Below, in pieces: positions 62,920-64,000 of a stretch of 64,000 nucleotides of DNA. Numbering within the stretch: position 1 is the first letter of the stretch; each line of letters begins with the position of its first letter. The notes below the pieces were generated by a model. That model saw nothing but the letters and a program-made list of their open reading frames with translations. It did not search any database and was not told the origin of the DNA. The position numbers and the translations under genes were made by a program. This DNA comes from Sphyrna mokarran (lineage: Eukaryota), in assembly GCA_024679065.1 (NCBI GenBank), contig JAGIQG010000040.1, positions 3,968,001 through 4,032,000 on the forward strand, written 5' to 3'.

Positions 62920-64000
62920 GCGTTTGTGTGCGTATGCATGAGCACCTCGTGGCCTGCATTAACTTTTGGTCCTGCGTTAATGTGTGTGCATGAGGGTTAA
63001 TGAAAGTGTTCATTTGCCTGTGCTTGTCATTTATGTAGTTGTGTGTCTGCGTCTGTGTACATTTTATTCTGCTGATATCGTGGCAGAATGTTCTTATTGT
63101 GTGAAGTCATTTAGTAATTATTAAGTAAATTAGTTACTAATGCCACTTACAGTGTGTGCATGTGATCATGCCTATTTTAATGTGTTAATTTCTGTCACAC
63201 GAATATGGTTTCCTTCCCAATCTCTGTGTGTCTGTTCCTCCGTCTGTTTGTGTGCATGTCTATTAACATGTTAGTGTATGTATATCTGTGTTGATGGCGC
63301 TTCAGAACGATGTGTTGATGTATGTTTGTGTTTCCATGTGTAGCAATGTGTGCTTATAGTGTTCTGTATGACCATGCGTATTTGGGTATAAAAAATTTGA
63401 CTCTCTGACCAACTACATGCAATCTGTTAATGTGTTTATATGTATTTTCCATGTTTGAGTGTTCATGTGTAGAACATTTCGTGTCTCTGTATCTGTATTC
63501 CTGTCAGCGTGAATTTCTGATAACATGTACTTATCTGAGTGTATGTGTATGTTTGTATAGGTATGTGGATCTGCGTGCATGTGCATCTGTCTGTAATGTG
63601 AATATGCATGTACCTGTTTGAGCTTGGTTCTATGTACCTATTCACGTATGTTTATGTTTGTGTGTACTTGTGTGTTTGCATTTCCATATGCGTGTGTATG
63701 TTTTTGTACATATTTGATTATTTGTGTGCATGTTGTTTTTCTGCCTGTTTGTACAAGTGCACGTTAATGTGTATGCGTGTGGTATGTACGTGTGTATCTG
63801 TGTGCAAGTGTATGCATTTGTGTGTGTGTACAAGTGCATGTTAATGTGTGCACGTGTGTGTGTGTAAATGTGCGCATATGCTGAGAGAGAGAAAGAATGT
63901 AGATGTTCCTTTGTACATTTCTGCATGGATGTATTTGTGTCTGTGCATATTTGTGTATGTGTATATTTTTGATCGCGTATGTGTTGTCCATGAGTGTACC
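62920..64000. repeat. Degenerate (TG)-rich low-complexity tract
   Basis: Direct inspection. Confidence 0.85.

Noticed and set aside
63430-63991. Cys/Val- and His/Thr-rich ORFs (and Leu/Ser-rich ORFs at 35071-35323)
   Set aside because: Translations of TG and GA simple repeats
1-64000. Prokaryotic-type systems (CRISPR arrays, retrons or other bacterial RT systems, operons)
   Set aside because: The sequence is intron-containing vertebrate DNA; all RT ORFs are non-LTR retrotransposons and no repeat-spacer array is seen

Overview
Vertebrate genomic DNA, most likely from a cartilaginous fish (shark), judged from the NAR-TCR-type segments, HE1-like SINEs and CR1 families. It is part of a T-cell receptor alpha/delta V region. 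Immune content: (i) an apparently intact minus-strand NAR-TCR-type cassette, ordered leader, IgNAR-like V with 23-RSS, 12-RSS plus J, 5-kb intron, leaderless supporting TCR-delta V with 23-RSS, with no recognisable D segment; (ii) an intact conventional TCR alpha/delta V on the plus strand; (iii) a frameshifted V pseudogene and an orphan NAR-type V pseudogene. Three two-exon rhodopsin-class GPCR paralogues (GPR139/GPR142-like; two intact, one pseudogene) are interleaved with these, together with one near-intact tRNA gene and several decayed ones. The rest is mostly CR1, Rex1, RTE and Penelope-like retroelement fragments, SINEs and simple repeats. Other structure includes a perfect 293-bp inverted duplication about 0.8 kb upstream of the NAR-type V, a composite SINE family lacking a B box, and a diverged duplicate of the V-upstream block. 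All calls come from manual reading; repeat boundaries are approximate.
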